A stretch of 64,000 nucleotides of DNA from a bacterium (GCA_021463645.1 JAJTYI010000009.1:29343-93342); one strand, 5' to 3'. Shown: positions 26,891 to 43,057, numbered from the stretch's first letter. A program made the numbers and translations. Notes: a model not told the origin generated them from the letters alone.

Positions 26891-28147
26891 ATGTCACAAC
26901 AAAGCTTATTTTCAGAGAGTATTAGGGTCAGTGTTGACCAGTTTAACGAATTAATAAATTTGCAACTGCAATCTATTGGTGAGGTTATTGTAGAAGGCGA
27001 AATCACTGAGATGAACATATCAAAAAGAGGTGGTGTAAACCTAGTGCTTAAAGACAAAAACAAACAAGCTGTATTAAACGTCAGCGGTTATGCTCCCCGA
27101 ATTCAAGGAATCAATATGATAGAAATCGGAATGGAAGTAGCCATCTGGGGTGTTCCACAGCTTTATTCCCCGTACGGGAAATTCAGTGTTTCAATATACA
27201 AAATCTTACCCATAGGTGCTGGAGCACTAGCGAAAGCACTTGAGCTACTTAAAGAACAGTTAGAAAAAGAAGGACTATTCGATCCAACACGAAAAAGACC
27301 ACTTCCTGAACTTATTACAAACATTGCTTTAATCACAGCAAAAAATTCTGCCGCAGAAAGCGATTTCTTGAAAATTTTAAAGGAAAACAACACAGGACTA
27401 AATATCGATTTCTATGCAGTGTCCGTTCAGGGAAAACACTCTGTTGGAGAGATTTTATCCGCAATTCAAAATGCACAAAATAAAAACTATGACTGTATTG
27501 TTATGATTCGTGGAGGAGGTAGTCTGGAGGACCTGAGTTCTTTTAATGACGAAAAGATTTCTAAAGCAATTTTTGCAAGTAAAATCCCCACATTAGTTGC
27601 AGTAGGACACGAAAGAGATGAATCCATCGCCGAGCTTGTCTCGGATGTTAGAGCATCAACACCTTCACAAGCTGCTTACTATATCGTAGTAAACAACACT
27701 AATTTTATTAAAAGTATTGAATTACAAGCAGACCAGATTTATCTACAAATTCAGGAAATTATCAATTTAAATAAAAATAGGATTTCCGGAATAAATATCT
27801 TCGAGAAAGTTCTATTGATATTGAATAACTACAAATATAAGGTTAGTAGCCATGATGTAGATTTTGAATCAAAAATCCTTAGAAATATCTCGAATTTCCA
27901 AAATGCTATTGAGAAGAGCACTCACGAATTATCAAATTTCAGTTACAGAATCAACCAATTACTAAATGACGTAATGCACATGCAAAGTACTATTGAAAAT
28001 CTTAATCCCGAGAAAATAGTTCAAAAAGGTTATGCAATAATTAAAAATTCAAAAGGAAATATCATCACGAGCGTGAAAGATACCAAAACAAATGATTTAC
28101 TTACTCTAAAAGTTCGTGATGGCGATCTCAATACAAAAGTAATATAA
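26891..28147 (+). CDS. xseA: Exodeoxyribonuclease VII large subunit
   Basis: 418 aa. N-terminal OB-fold pattern ('VIVEGEITEMN'), 'MIRGGGSLEDL', 'VGHERDESI'. Followed by xseB. Confidence 0.85.
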   Translation: MSQQSLFSESIRVSVDQFNELINLQLQSIGEVIVEGEITEMNISKRGGVNLVLKDKNKQAVLNVSGYAPRIQGINMIEIGMEVAIWGVPQLYSPYGKFSVSIYKILPIGAGALAKALELLKEQLEKEGLFDPTRKRPLPELITNIALITAKNSAAESDFLKILKENNTGLNIDFYAVSVQGKHSVGEILSAIQNAQNKNYDCIVMIRGGGSLEDLSSFNDEKISKAIFASKIPTLVAVGHERDESIAELVSDVRASTPSQAAYYIVVNNTNFIKSIELQADQIYLQIQEIINLNKNRISGINIFEKVLLILNNYKYKVSSHDVDFESKILRNISNFQNAIEKSTHELSNFSYRINQLLNDVMHMQSTIENLNPEKIVQKGYAIIKNSKGNIITSVKDTKTNDLLTLKVRDGDLNTKVI

Positions 28148-28170
28148 ATTAATTATTTAAATTTTCATAA

Positions 28171-28392
28171 ATGCCAAATAAAAAACCTACATTACAAGAG
28201 AAGATTAATAAATTAGAAAAGCTTAGTAATTTCTTCACAAATCAGGACGACCTGGATTTAGATGAAGCTGTTAAGAAATACGAGGAAGCCTCGAAATTAG
28301 CAGTGGAGATTAAAAAAGAACTTACCTCAATCGAGTTAAAAATAAAAGAAATCAAAGCGACTTATGAGGAAACAGAAGACTCCGATTTTTGA
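28171..28392 (+). CDS. xseB: Exodeoxyribonuclease VII small subunit
   Basis: 73-aa helical protein ('LEKLSNFFTNQDDLDLDEAVKKYEEASKL') directly after xseA. Confidence 0.7.
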   Translation: MPNKKPTLQEKINKLEKLSNFFTNQDDLDLDEAVKKYEEASKLAVEIKKELTSIELKIKEIKATYEETEDSDF

Positions 28393-28607
28393 TCTTTCTT
28401 GTTTATGATTTCTTCGATTTGTTTCATCATATTGTCAAAATCTTCACCTATAATTCCATGAACGCTGGCACCTTCTTCGAGGCTTTCGAACTCTGACACA
28501 AAGCAACCAATGCAGTGAAACCCATATTCATATATGAGGAAATCAACAACCTCAGGATATCTGAGTGCCAACTCTGAGATATTTATTGCAGGATCAATTG
28601 TTACCAT
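28362..28607 (-). CDS. DUF1858-type small redox-disulfide protein
   Basis: 81 aa. 'ISELALRYPEVVDFL' and 'FHCIGC' (CxxC). The 3' end overlaps xseB by 31 nt. Confidence 0.6.
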   Translation of the reverse strand: MVTIDPAINISELALRYPEVVDFLIYEYGFHCIGCFVSEFESLEEGASVHGIIGEDFDNMMKQIEEIINKKDQKSESSVSS

Positions 28608-28655
28608 AAGAAATCAATATTTGATAGGATATTATAGTATATTTATAGTTAATAA

Positions 28656-29948
28656 TTGCACTTAACTAAAATGCTTTCATTTAGGAGAGAAAAAACCGTT
28701 AACAAACATCTTGATTTCCCACTTTTTTCAACAGTTAGTTTACTTACAGCTTTTGGCTCTGTGATGGTATACAGTGGAAGTGTTATCGTCGCCACGAAAC
28801 AAGGCTTTGAACCACAGCATTATTTCATAAGACAGATTATTTGGATTGCGATTGGACTCTTTACCGGATATGTAGCATATAGAATAAATTACAGAATATT
28901 ACCCAAACTAGCTCCATTTCTTTTAGGAGCCTCTATCATTTTATTAATATCAGTACTTATCATTAACATAGGTAGTCCAATCAAACGATGGATTGACCTA
29001 GGATTCTTCGACATACAACCTTCCGAAATTGCCAAACTTGTTTTCTTGATTTATCTATCTTCCTGGCTTGCTAGTAGAAAAGAATCTAGCCGTATCACAA
29101 AAGAAAATATTAAAAATCATTTTATCAAAGACCTTTTGCCGTTTTTATTATTGTTATCGGTTGTTTCATTTCTGATTCTTTTAGAACCTGACCTTGATAC
29201 TACTATCATCCTAGGTGCTACTAGCGTTCTTGTATACTTTATTGCTGGAAATGATTTGTTACACTTGCTTGGTTCAGGTTCGATTTTCATGCTTATCATG
29301 ACATTGTTTGGTATTGCAACTCAAACTGCTTCGTATCGACTTGAAAGATTCATTAACTGGAAGGACTTTTGGGTCAACTCTACAATTCAAGACCCTTATG
29401 GTGCGGGTTATCAATTAAAACAAATTTTAGTTGCAGTGTCATCTGGAGGACTTATGGGGGTAGGATTTGGAGAATCGCGTCAAAAATTTCACTATCTTGG
29501 AGACACAGCCTTTAGTGATACAATCTTCGCAATTTTTGCTGAAGAATTCGGTTTTCTTGGTTCCGTAATACTAATATCTGGCTTCTTTTTTTTACTTTAT
29601 CGCGGATTTGTAATTGCGAAAAGGGCACCAGATAAACTAGGCTTCTTACTTGCAACATCCATCACAATATGGATAACGATACAAGCCACTCTTCACATTG
29701 CTTCTAATGTCGCGCTCATTCCAATAAATGGAAACACATTACCATTTATAAGTTATGGTGGAAGTTCTACGATAGTTAATTTAACAGCCATTGGACTGTT
29801 ATTAAATATAAGTCGATCTAATAAAGATGGGAAGAAAAGAGTAGTCAGCCATAGAGTAAAAGAAGTAAGGAGTAAACGAAGAGGTAAGAAATCTTCAAAA
29901 CTTTCGCAAATCAACCCGAAAAAATGGATAACAAACGTATTCGATTAA
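28656..29948 (+). CDS. ftsW: SEDS-family peptidoglycan glycosyltransferase (FtsW-like)
   Basis: 430 aa, about 10 TM. 'QPSEIAKL' and 'LPFISYGGSS'. Context includes murG. The track start is TTG, and the ATG at 28671 is an alternative. Confidence 0.85.
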   Translation: MHLTKMLSFRREKTVNKHLDFPLFSTVSLLTAFGSVMVYSGSVIVATKQGFEPQHYFIRQIIWIAIGLFTGYVAYRINYRILPKLAPFLLGASIILLISVLIINIGSPIKRWIDLGFFDIQPSEIAKLVFLIYLSSWLASRKESSRITKENIKNHFIKDLLPFLLLLSVVSFLILLEPDLDTTIILGATSVLVYFIAGNDLLHLLGSGSIFMLIMTLFGIATQTASYRLERFINWKDFWVNSTIQDPYGAGYQLKQILVAVSSGGLMGVGFGESRQKFHYLGDTAFSDTIFAIFAEEFGFLGSVILISGFFFLLYRGFVIAKRAPDKLGFLLATSITIWITIQATLHIASNVALIPINGNTLPFISYGGSSTIVNLTAIGLLLNISRSNKDGKKRVVSHRVKEVRSKRRGKKSSKLSQINPKKWITNVFD

Positions 29949-30574
29949 ACACCTATATATTTTCATTATTAATTGGAATAATATTTCTGCTTACACCATT
30001 AATATTCTTTGCTAACGCATCGCAGTATTACATCCATAGATTTGAAAATTTTGGTGTATATGAAGAATTTAAAGATATTTCAATAGATAGAGAAATAGTA
30101 AATGAAAAATTCAGAAGCCTGCTTTTGAACTTATCACCTTTCTCGGATGAATTAGATATGAACTTTTATTCTAACGAAGATGTTCTCCATTTATACGATG
30201 TGGAAAATATTCTCACAGGAATTTATTTTGTCTATATAATTTCACTTGTTTCTGTATATGGAATTTACAAAAACAAAAAAATTAAAATAAATTTTAACCA
30301 AGTAAAGGGACATAGCCTAATCTATATATCGCTTTCCACAATTATTTGTTTCATAATCTACTTGGATTTCGATTTTTTCTTCACACTTGCTCACAAGGTC
30401 GCTTTTCAAAACGATTATTGGTTGTTGAACCCAGAATCTTCAAACTTAATCAAATTTTTTCCACAGGAATTGTTTTTCGAGGTTTTCGTACTTGTAATTA
30501 TCATTAACCTATTGATGCATATTTCATTTATAATGCTATCAAATAAAATCAATGAGAAAAGAAATTCGAAATAA
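29924..30574 (+). CDS. TIGR01906/DUF1461-like integral membrane protein (Lit-like)
   Basis: 216 aa. Pattern 'NEDVLHLYDVENIL' and 'FQNDYWLLNPESSNLIKFFPQELF' resembles DUF1461. Overlaps both neighbours. Confidence 0.45.
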   Translation: MDNKRIRLNTYIFSLLIGIIFLLTPLIFFANASQYYIHRFENFGVYEEFKDISIDREIVNEKFRSLLLNLSPFSDELDMNFYSNEDVLHLYDVENILTGIYFVYIISLVSVYGIYKNKKIKINFNQVKGHSLIYISLSTIICFIIYLDFDFFFTLAHKVAFQNDYWLLNPESSNLIKFFPQELFFEVFVLVIIINLLMHISFIMLSNKINEKRNSK

Positions 30575-31718
30575 AAAGATAGCGATAATTGGGGGACATC
30601 TAACACCTGCTCTCGCAGTACTCAATGAATTAAAGGCACAAGGTTTTGATGATATTATTTGGATTGGGACGAAATATGCTCAAACCAGAAATAAAAATGT
30701 AAGCCTGGAATATCAAATCGTTCAGAAAACCAATACTCCCTTTATTACTTTAAAAGCGGGAAAACTATGGCGTAAATATACGCTCAGAACTATAATCCCG
30801 GCCCTACAAAACCTGATTTTAATTCCTTATGGTTTCATCAAATCATTTCAAATTCTATCTAAACAAAGACCTGCAGTTGTTGTGTCTTTCGGTGGACATT
30901 TAGCACTACCTATGGTTTTTATGGCCAAGTTGATAGGTATTAAATCTATTACACACGAGCAAACAGTTGTACTGGGACTTACAAATAAAATCATTTCTAA
31001 ATTTGCAGATACTGTGTGCGTTTCTTGGGAAAATTCTCTTAAATTTTTTCCTGAAGAAAAAACAGTCTATACAGGTTTGCCAATTAGGGAAGAACTATTT
31101 CCCAAGGCTCATGAAATTAAATATTTCAAAAATAATTTACCTGTTCTGCTTGTCATGGGAGGTAATCAAGGTTCTAACACTATCAATTGGAGGTTAACGA
31201 AAATCCTCCCAGACTTACTAAAAACCACAAATATCATTCATTTAACAGGTAATTCGACTTTAACACATGACTATCGTAAGGCAATAGAATCAAAATCGCT
31301 TCTTGATTCAGATCAAGCAAGTAGATATGTCGTTAAAGAAAATGCCTATTTTGAGGAATATGCCAATTATTTAAATTCAGCAGACATAGTTTTATCTCGA
31401 GCGGGTGCGAATGCTGTTTCAGAGCTTCTTTTACATGGGAAATTGAGTGTTTTGATTCCCATCCCATGGGCTTCGAATAACGAACAGTTAAAGAATGCAA
31501 AAATGCTAGAGGAAACGGGCTTAGGATTGGTAGTTGAACAGTATGATGAAATGCCACCTATTGAAATCTTTAATGCACTCAATAAAGTCTTAGATGCGTA
31601 TAACAAAAACGAAGATTTACTGGGTAATAGTCTCAGTTCAGCCCGAGAAAAGTCAAAAAGCTTCATCAAATTAGACGCAACTAAAAACATTGTCGAAGAA
31701 ATAAAAAAACTCCTCTAA
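30552..31718 (+). CDS. murG: Undecaprenyldiphospho-muramoylpentapeptide beta-N-acetylglucosaminyltransferase
   Basis: 388 aa. 'IAIIGGHLTPALAV' and 'SRAGANAVSELLLHGKLSVLIPIPWASNNEQLKNA'. Confidence 0.85.
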   Translation: MRKEIRNKKIAIIGGHLTPALAVLNELKAQGFDDIIWIGTKYAQTRNKNVSLEYQIVQKTNTPFITLKAGKLWRKYTLRTIIPALQNLILIPYGFIKSFQILSKQRPAVVVSFGGHLALPMVFMAKLIGIKSITHEQTVVLGLTNKIISKFADTVCVSWENSLKFFPEEKTVYTGLPIREELFPKAHEIKYFKNNLPVLLVMGGNQGSNTINWRLTKILPDLLKTTNIIHLTGNSTLTHDYRKAIESKSLLDSDQASRYVVKENAYFEEYANYLNSADIVLSRAGANAVSELLLHGKLSVLIPIPWASNNEQLKNAKMLEETGLGLVVEQYDEMPPIEIFNALNKVLDAYNKNEDLLGNSLSSAREKSKSFIKLDATKNIVEEIKKLL

Positions 31719-31728
31719 ACATTTTAAG

Positions 31729-32607
31729 TTACAAATTCTCTAAAAAAGACTTAACTTTATCCTTATATTCATCATTTGCAAGATAAAATCTTGTCAATGC
31801 TTCAAAGTAATTCGAAGGATCTCCAGTAGTGTACCAATCTCCATCAATCACCTTATACATGAGTTTTCCGGTTTGTGCGATTTGATGATTAACATCTGGT
31901 AACCACAATTCATTGTCTAAACCTGTGTGAACCTCGGCTAGAAGATCCATAGCTCTGTACGGTAAGACGTATCTTCCATAAGTGACTAAATCACTAGGTG
32001 CATTCTCTGGTTCAGGCTTCTCAACGATAAAATCAACCTGACCATGATGATCATCGATTACGTCTTTCGCTTTTATAATCCCATATTTATTTACTTTGCT
32101 GTGTTCGACAGATTGAGCACTAATTACGCCATCCACATCCGAATTCTCAAAATATTCGAGCAGTTGTGCAATTCCGCTTTTACCCCTTGAGAGTATCAAA
32201 TCATCAGCAAACAGCACTGCGAAAGGTCTATCTTTTTCAATATAAGGCATTGCGGATAAAACAGGAGACCCATTTCCATATGGCAAATCTGTTCTCTGAG
32301 TAATAATTTCAATCCCTTCATATGTCATTAATCTATCAACCTCTTGAAATCTTTTTTCCTTGCCAACACTCGCTAATAAGTCTCTCACCTCTGGTACAGA
32401 TTTATTGAAGTAGTTTTTTATTACATTATTTCCTTCTCTAACTACGATAATGATTTTCTCAATACCTGCATCTAGACATTCTTCAACTACATATTGAATA
32501 ATCGGTTTATCAACAATGGGTAACATCTCTTTCGGAATTTCCTTTACAATAGGTAGAAATCTCGTACCAAATCCCGCGGCAGTAATAATTGCTGTATTTA
32601 CTTTCAT
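31729..32607 (-). CDS. galU: UTP--glucose-1-phosphate uridylyltransferase
   Basis: 292 aa. 'ITAAGFGTRFLPIVKEIPKEMLPIVDKP'. Confidence 0.85.
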   Translation of the reverse strand: MKVNTAIITAAGFGTRFLPIVKEIPKEMLPIVDKPIIQYVVEECLDAGIEKIIIVVREGNNVIKNYFNKSVPEVRDLLASVGKEKRFQEVDRLMTYEGIEIITQRTDLPYGNGSPVLSAMPYIEKDRPFAVLFADDLILSRGKSGIAQLLEYFENSDVDGVISAQSVEHSKVNKYGIIKAKDVIDDHHGQVDFIVEKPEPENAPSDLVTYGRYVLPYRAMDLLAEVHTGLDNELWLPDVNHQIAQTGKLMYKVIDGDWYTTGDPSNYFEALTRFYLANDEYKDKVKSFLENL

Positions 32608-32743
32608 TAATAAAATTTAAAAAATGAATAACAAACCATTATTCCTTACTATACGTGGAATTGCAAGTAAAATTCATATCTGATATATTGTTTAATCGCA
32701 ATATTTAGTATGATTTTAGTGTTTTGACTTATTGCCTATCTAA

Positions 32744-33385
32744 GTGAAAATAAATAGAAATACAAACTTTAGACTTTCAATACTTGGGCGATATTTTATT
32801 GTCTTTGCAATATTAATTTCGACAATTTCATTCGCATTTATACCCGAAAAAAACACTGCCAATGCAGATAACATTCACCTATATAACTATAATTTTAACT
32901 CTCCAGTAACAAAAACCTATATCCCTAAACCTGACAGAGAAATCTACATTGAAGCACAAGAAAATCTTAACCAATTCCAAGAAGAACAAGCAAAAGTAGA
33001 AGCCAGAAGGAAAGAACTTGCAGAAAGAGTCAATCGAACACTCAATTACCTTAGGCGAGTTAACTCTCCTGTAGCAAACGAAGAAATCGCCACAATTCTT
33101 GTAGATTTATCCGATCAAAACAATGCGGACTATCGTGTATTGTTAGCAATTATGACAATAGAGTCTGGTTCATGCAGACAGTCTTTTTCCTATAATTGTT
33201 TTGGGTATTTAAACGGTAGGAAATACCCTTCCTATGAAGTTGCATTCAAAGATTTGGTTCCAAAAATCTCAAGACAATACGCAGCAAAATATGGATGGGA
33301 TTTTGTAGCTTTATCAAAAGCATACGGACAACACAACTGGGAGCTACATTCGAAGAATATGTTAAAAGTTGCAAGTAGTATTTGA
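32744..33385 (+). CDS. Membrane-anchored protein with a possible glucosaminidase/muramidase-like C-terminus
   Basis: 213 aa. N-terminal TM. 'LLAIMTIESGSCRQSFSYNCFGY' resembles the Glu-containing motif of glucosaminidase/SLT-type domains. This is a weak call. Confidence 0.4.
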   Translation: MKINRNTNFRLSILGRYFIVFAILISTISFAFIPEKNTANADNIHLYNYNFNSPVTKTYIPKPDREIYIEAQENLNQFQEEQAKVEARRKELAERVNRTLNYLRRVNSPVANEEIATILVDLSDQNNADYRVLLAIMTIESGSCRQSFSYNCFGYLNGRKYPSYEVAFKDLVPKISRQYAAKYGWDFVALSKAYGQHNWELHSKNMLKVASSI

Positions 33386-33462
33386 CTCGAATTTTTTGAT
33401 TATAAAGTACCTCATTAGGTATACTTTTTTTACCCAAGGTTAAAATACTCTTCAGTTTTTTT

Positions 33463-36400
33463 ATGAGCCAGAATTTCATACATTTACATGCACATTCCGA
33501 ATATTCACTACTGGATGGAGTAGCCAAAATTCCTGCATATGTTGGAAAAGTAAAATCCTACGGAATGAACTCTGCAGCACTTACCGATCATGGTGTGATG
33601 TATGGAGCATTTGAATTTTGGCAAGAATGTAATTACCAAGGAATCAAACCTATCATTGGTTGCGAGATATACGTTGCCGAGAGAACCAGATTCGATAAAA
33701 CACCAGGAATTGATGATAAAAGATATCACTTGACACTGTTAGCGAAAAACAAAGAAGGATATCATAATCTCCTAAAACTAGTATCTCACGCTTTTATGGA
33801 AGGTTTTTATTATAAACCTCGAGCGGATAGAGAATTAATCGAAAAATATGGAAAAGGTTTGATTGCATTAAGCGGTTGCCTAGGTAGCAATTTTAATAAA
33901 TATCTAATGGCTGGTGATGAACAAAAGGCAATTAAATGGATTAAATTTTTACAAAGTAGTGTTGATGATGTGTATATTGAACTACAAAGGAATGGAATTA
34001 AAGAAGCAGAAGATTTAGTTGAGAAACAAGTAGAAATTGCCAAAAAACTTAAATTACCTTATGTTGCTACTTGTGACACACATTATATTGAAAAAGAAGA
34101 CCATAAAGTCCAAGAAATTGTCTGGTGTATTAGTGATGGGAAAAAACTTGAAGATCCAGCACGTCGTCAATACTCCTCCACCGAGTTTTATATTAAAAGC
34201 CAAGATCAGCTAGCAAAGCTCTTTCCAGATTATCCTGAAGCTCTCGAGAATACACAAAAAATTGCTGACTCAGTAGAAAAATACGATATTTTATTTGAAA
34301 GAGTACAGCCTAAATATGACTTAAAACTCTCACCTGAAAAAACGAAAGATTCTTTGAGAAAGAAAGTAATGGATTCTCTTAAAAACCGCTATTCTGAGTT
34401 AACTAAAGAACTGCAAGAACGTATTGATTACGAATTAGAAATAATCAATAACAAAGGTTACAACGACTATTTCTTAGTTGTTGAAGATTATGTTACGTGG
34501 GCGAGGAGCCAAGGTATATTGGTTGGACCAGGCAGAGGTTCTGGTGCTGGTAGTGTAGTTGCGTACATACTTGGTATAACAGATTTAGATCCATTCAAAT
34601 TTGGACTGATTTTTGAGAGATTCTTAAATCCGGAAAGACCATCCCCACCTGATTTTGATATTGATTTCCAAGACGATAGACGTGATGAATTGTTTCATTA
34701 CATGAGCAAAAAGTATGGTCATGAAAACACTAGTTTTATCGGAACATTTGGAAGATTAAAAACGAAAGCAGCGATTCGAGACGTTGCAAGAGTAATGGGA
34801 ATTGATCTCCAAATCGCAGATAGATTGTCAAAGATGGTTATTGTAAAGTTTGGTAGGGTACATACGATCCAAAAAATGCGTGATGAAGTCGAGGAGTTTG
34901 ATGAAATTATTAAAGGTTCCACTCAGCTTGAAGAATTAGCAAAATACGTTGAAAAACTTGAAAACATTGCTAGACACGTATCTATCCATGCATGCGGATA
35001 TTTAGTAACACCGACTCCGATTACAGATTATGTTCCGATACAAAAAGAAGTTCGAGGAGACAAACTTATAACTCAAGTAGAAGGTCACAATATCGAATAT
35101 TTAGGATTAATGAAGTTCGACTTCCTAGGTCTATCCAATCTTACAGTTATTCAAAATACACTTAAAAAGATTAAACAAACAAAAGATATTGATTTAGACA
35201 TATCTTCAATCAGCTTGGAGGATAAAAAAACTTACGAATTATTTCAAAAAGGAGATACCACAGGAATCTTTCAATTTGAATCAGAAGGAATGAAAAAATA
35301 CTTACGTGATTTGAAACCAACAGAATTTGAAGACTTGGTGTTTTTGAATGCAGCGTATAGACCAGGACCTATGAAATACATCCCTGATTATATTTTACGA
35401 AAAAGAGGAGAACAAGAAATTGATTACATTCATCCTAGCCTCGAGCCAATTTTGAAGACTACTTTCGGATTTGCGATTTATCAAGAGCAAGTCATCAACA
35501 TAGCTGTGGAATTCGCAAACTACTCACTTGGAGAAGCCGATATGCTTAGAAGAGCTATGGGTAAGAAAAAACCAGAAGTAATGGCAAAAGAAAAAGAATT
35601 ATTTTTTGAGAGGGCAGTTAAAAATAAAAGAGATAAAAAAACAGCTGAAAAAATCTTTTCATATCTTGAACCCTTCGCTGATTACGGTTTCAATAAGTCA
35701 CACAGCGCTTGCTATTCAATGATTGCTTATCAAACAGCATATTTAAAAACACATCATCCTTTGGAATTTTTAGCTGGATTGATGGAAACCGACATTAACT
35801 CAATCGATAAACTTGAGCGTGATCTGAAAGAGGCGAAGAACATGAAAATCAAACTACTACCACCCGACATTAACAGAAGCCATTTGGAATTTATTATCGA
35901 AGGTGACAAAGAGATTCGTTTTGGAATGGGAGGAGTAAAAGGTGTTTCAACTAAATCACTTGAGAATATTGTGGAAGCGCGAAATAAAAAAGGCGAGTTT
36001 AAAAACCTTGATGATTTAATCACTAAAGTGGGAACCCATGGACTCACTAAAAAAGACCTAGAGAATTTAATCAAAGTAGGAGCGCTAGACGAATTTGGTT
36101 CTAGAACACAACTAATTGAAGTTGCACCACTCGTGTATGCCAAAATACAACGAAGTGAAGAAGCTCTCAAAGGAGGTCAATCTACATTGTTTGGCATTTC
36201 AAGCGAAGAAACTGAAACTCCAGCTACTCCATTACCTCTACTACCTCAAGAAACTGACAAAGAAAAAACTGGTTGGGAAAAAGAGTTGTTAGGTATTTAT
36301 CTCAGTAAACATCCTCTAGAAGCTTTCTCTGATGTGATATTACTCAATAAATTTATTGATTTGCGTCAAGCACAAAAAATGAAATCAGGTACCAAAATAA

Positions 36401-36844
36401 AAATTATTGTATTGATTTCTAAAGTAAAAAAAATATATACCAAAAAAGGCTCCAAACCAATGGCTTTCTTGGATATTGAAGACATGGAAGGTAAAGGAAG
36501 TGCAGTTGTTTTTCCAGATATTTTTGAGAAGGCAAACAATTTCTTAGTAGAAAATAGGTCTGTGTTCGTTCAAGCATCGGTGAATTTCAGAAATGATGAA
36601 TTCAGTCTTATAATTGAAGATATAGCGGATGCAAGCGACATCGATAAACAGGATCAACTTAGCATCGATATATCAAGAGAGAAGGATAAATCTAGACTTA
36701 TGGAGATCAAAAAAGCTATAATTCAAAACCCCGGAAATATTAAATTAACAATAATATATGGAGATTTGGGTGCAAAAAAAAGTATTGAAAGATTCGTCAG
36801 AGTATCTCCGGAGTTTATCACTACTGTGAAAAAATATATCTATA

Positions 36845-36852
<8 letters not shown>
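33463..36852 (+). CDS. dnaE: DNA polymerase III alpha subunit
   Basis: 1129 aa. PHP start 'HLHAHSEYSLLDG', 'GPGRGSGAGS', 'MKFDFLGL'. Confidence 0.95.
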
Positions 36853-40905
<4,053 letters not shown>

Positions 40906-40909
<4 letters not shown>

Positions 40910-42012
40910 ACCTCCTCAGGGCTATCATTCATGTGTTGTTCAACCAGGTTGTTTATTTCATTACCGAGTAAGATTCTCATTACAGCAATTAAAGGTACTA
41001 CAAATATTGCTCCAACAATTCCAAATAATATGTATGCTCCGATCACACTAACGATTGTAACAATAGGGTCCACACCAACGACTTTTGCCATAACATTTGG
41101 GAATATTAGTGTTGCTTCAAGTTGTTGGATTAAATAGAACAAGATGACAATAAAGATGACAGTACCCAGACTAGAACCTGACCCCAAAGCAATTATAATT
41201 GCGATAACTGCAGTTGCAATAGGGCCCAATGTCGGAATCGCTTCTAAGATAGCTGCAATAAAAGAGATTGGAAGTGCATACTGATTCATTTGGTAACTTT
41301 CAAAGAAGAGTGATGGTGTGACTAGACCAACCCATGTCAAAACGCCAATGAAACCCATCATAAACAACTGTGCTCGAACCCATTCTCCCAGTTTCTCTTC
41401 TACAAGCATCAACTTTTTATTATATTTAAGTTTTTGACGATTTGAAATCGGCAGAAAATTAATCAGACTTGAATAGATTTCTTGTTTTCTAACCAACATA
41501 TAAATTGAAAGCATTGTTATAGTAACGACACCCCCCAATGTTGTAATTGCTGAATTCAAGATATTATAAGCACTTGATATTCCAGATGAGAAAATGCCTC
41601 CTGCACTCGTTAATTCTTCTAAAAATTGAGTTTTGAATTCTTGTAAATCTATCAAGTCTTTCAGCCAAGGGAATATTAAAAATAGTTCCGACAAAATATT
41701 GGTGAGGAGCTGAGGCATAAGCATAACAAGGTTTTTGAATTGTTCTACTGTCTCGCTAAATACCGTAACTGTCATCAGACTTAATATTAGGAATAATGTC
41801 AGGAAAATAAAAACCGTAGAAACAATCCTTGGTATTCTCTTCGTTTGGAAATAATCTACATAAGCCCTAAGTGCAGAATTAACTATGAAAGAAAAGAATA
41901 GAAAGATAAAAACCAACCTAAGTTCCCACAGCGCAGTAATTCCCAGAATAAATACCAAAATCAGAATTAGGGACTTCAGAGTAATTTCGATTTTTACGCT
42001 ATCTGCTTTCAT
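40906..42012 (-). CDS. AI-2E/PerM-family transporter
   Basis: 368 aa, multi-pass, with AI-2E-like topology and 'IPTLGPIATAVIAI'. Confidence 0.75.
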
Positions 42013-42539
42013 AAATCATTATTAAAAACTTTTGTCTTAGCGAGATGTATTTCTCGCTTAAGATCATAATAAAAATATAATGTGAGTGAAACTGTTAACA
42101 TCAAGACCAAGAGATAAATCCATAGATATGTTTTACCAGTCAATGTATTGAAAAGTACATACAAGTTAGTTAACCATATTGAAATTAACCAATGGAGTGC
42201 ACTCCCATATAACTTATTTGCTACCAATGTGATGTTCTTTTGATTTGATGTTAAATATTTATCTAAATCTTCCTTGCTAATTTGTTTTTTTTCATTTTTA
42301 GAATGCATCATCAGACTTATTACCAAGATTAAACTAATAAAAGTGAACATAAACAAATCTGAGTAGGAGGAGAGTAATATCATATCAGTCTGATTATCGA
42401 GATTTCCTAGACCGAATAACGATAATATTCCATTAAATTCGAAGCTTATTCCAAATACTAGCGACGCAAATATAATTCCTAAAAGTTTACTAATAATAAT
42501 AGCAACGATTGGGGTAATGGGGAGATTAGTTACTTTCAT
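42009..42539 (-). CDS. Hypothetical membrane protein
   Basis: 176 aa with 4-5 hydrophobic helices. 4-nt overlap with the downstream gene. Confidence 0.5.
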   Translation of the reverse strand: MKVTNLPITPIVAIIISKLLGIIFASLVFGISFEFNGILSLFGLGNLDNQTDMILLSSYSDLFMFTFISLILVISLMMHSKNEKKQISKEDLDKYLTSNQKNITLVANKLYGSALHWLISIWLTNLYVLFNTLTGKTYLWIYLLVLMLTVSLTLYFYYDLKREIHLAKTKVFNNDL

Positions 42540-42608
42540 AATAAAACATAGTCAATATGAAATAGTATCAGTAAATCAGACAAAATGAAAGTTGACTAAA
42601 TTCAATGT

Positions 42609-42875
42609 TTATTTAGAAATCTTGTTTACTTGAGTTGCAAGTCTAGACTTGTATCTTGATACTGTATTCTTGTGAAGAGTTTTCTTCTTTGATGCCGTAT
42701 CTAGCGCACTATATGCTTTCACTAATAACTTCTTCGCTTGTGCTGGTTTGTTATCTGAGACAGCCTTTAAAACTGCTTTTTTTGCAGTTCTGTAATTTTC
42801 TTTATTGATTGAATTTACTTTTTTCTTTCTAGCGCTAACTCTTATCGCTTTTTTTGCAGAACTTGTATTTGCCAT
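42609..42875 (-). CDS. rpsT: 30S ribosomal protein S20
   Basis: 88 aa. 'MANTSSAKKAIRVSARKK' is a typical S20 start. Confidence 0.9.
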   Translation of the reverse strand: MANTSSAKKAIRVSARKKKVNSINKENYRTAKKAVLKAVSDNKPAQAKKLLVKAYSALDTASKKKTLHKNTVSRYKSRLATQVNKISK

Positions 42876-43057
42876 CTTGTTTTAATATTGAATTATCTAA
42901 ATGAATAGCCCTGATTTTAACAATTTAAGCTCTCTTTAGCAAGAAAACATAAACTACTTAAGAATATATATCGCTTTACTTGCAAACAGTAGTAAAATTA
43001 AGTTATATTTAAACATATTGTTTCTGCCCCGAGACTTTAATTTTCATATTACTAAAA

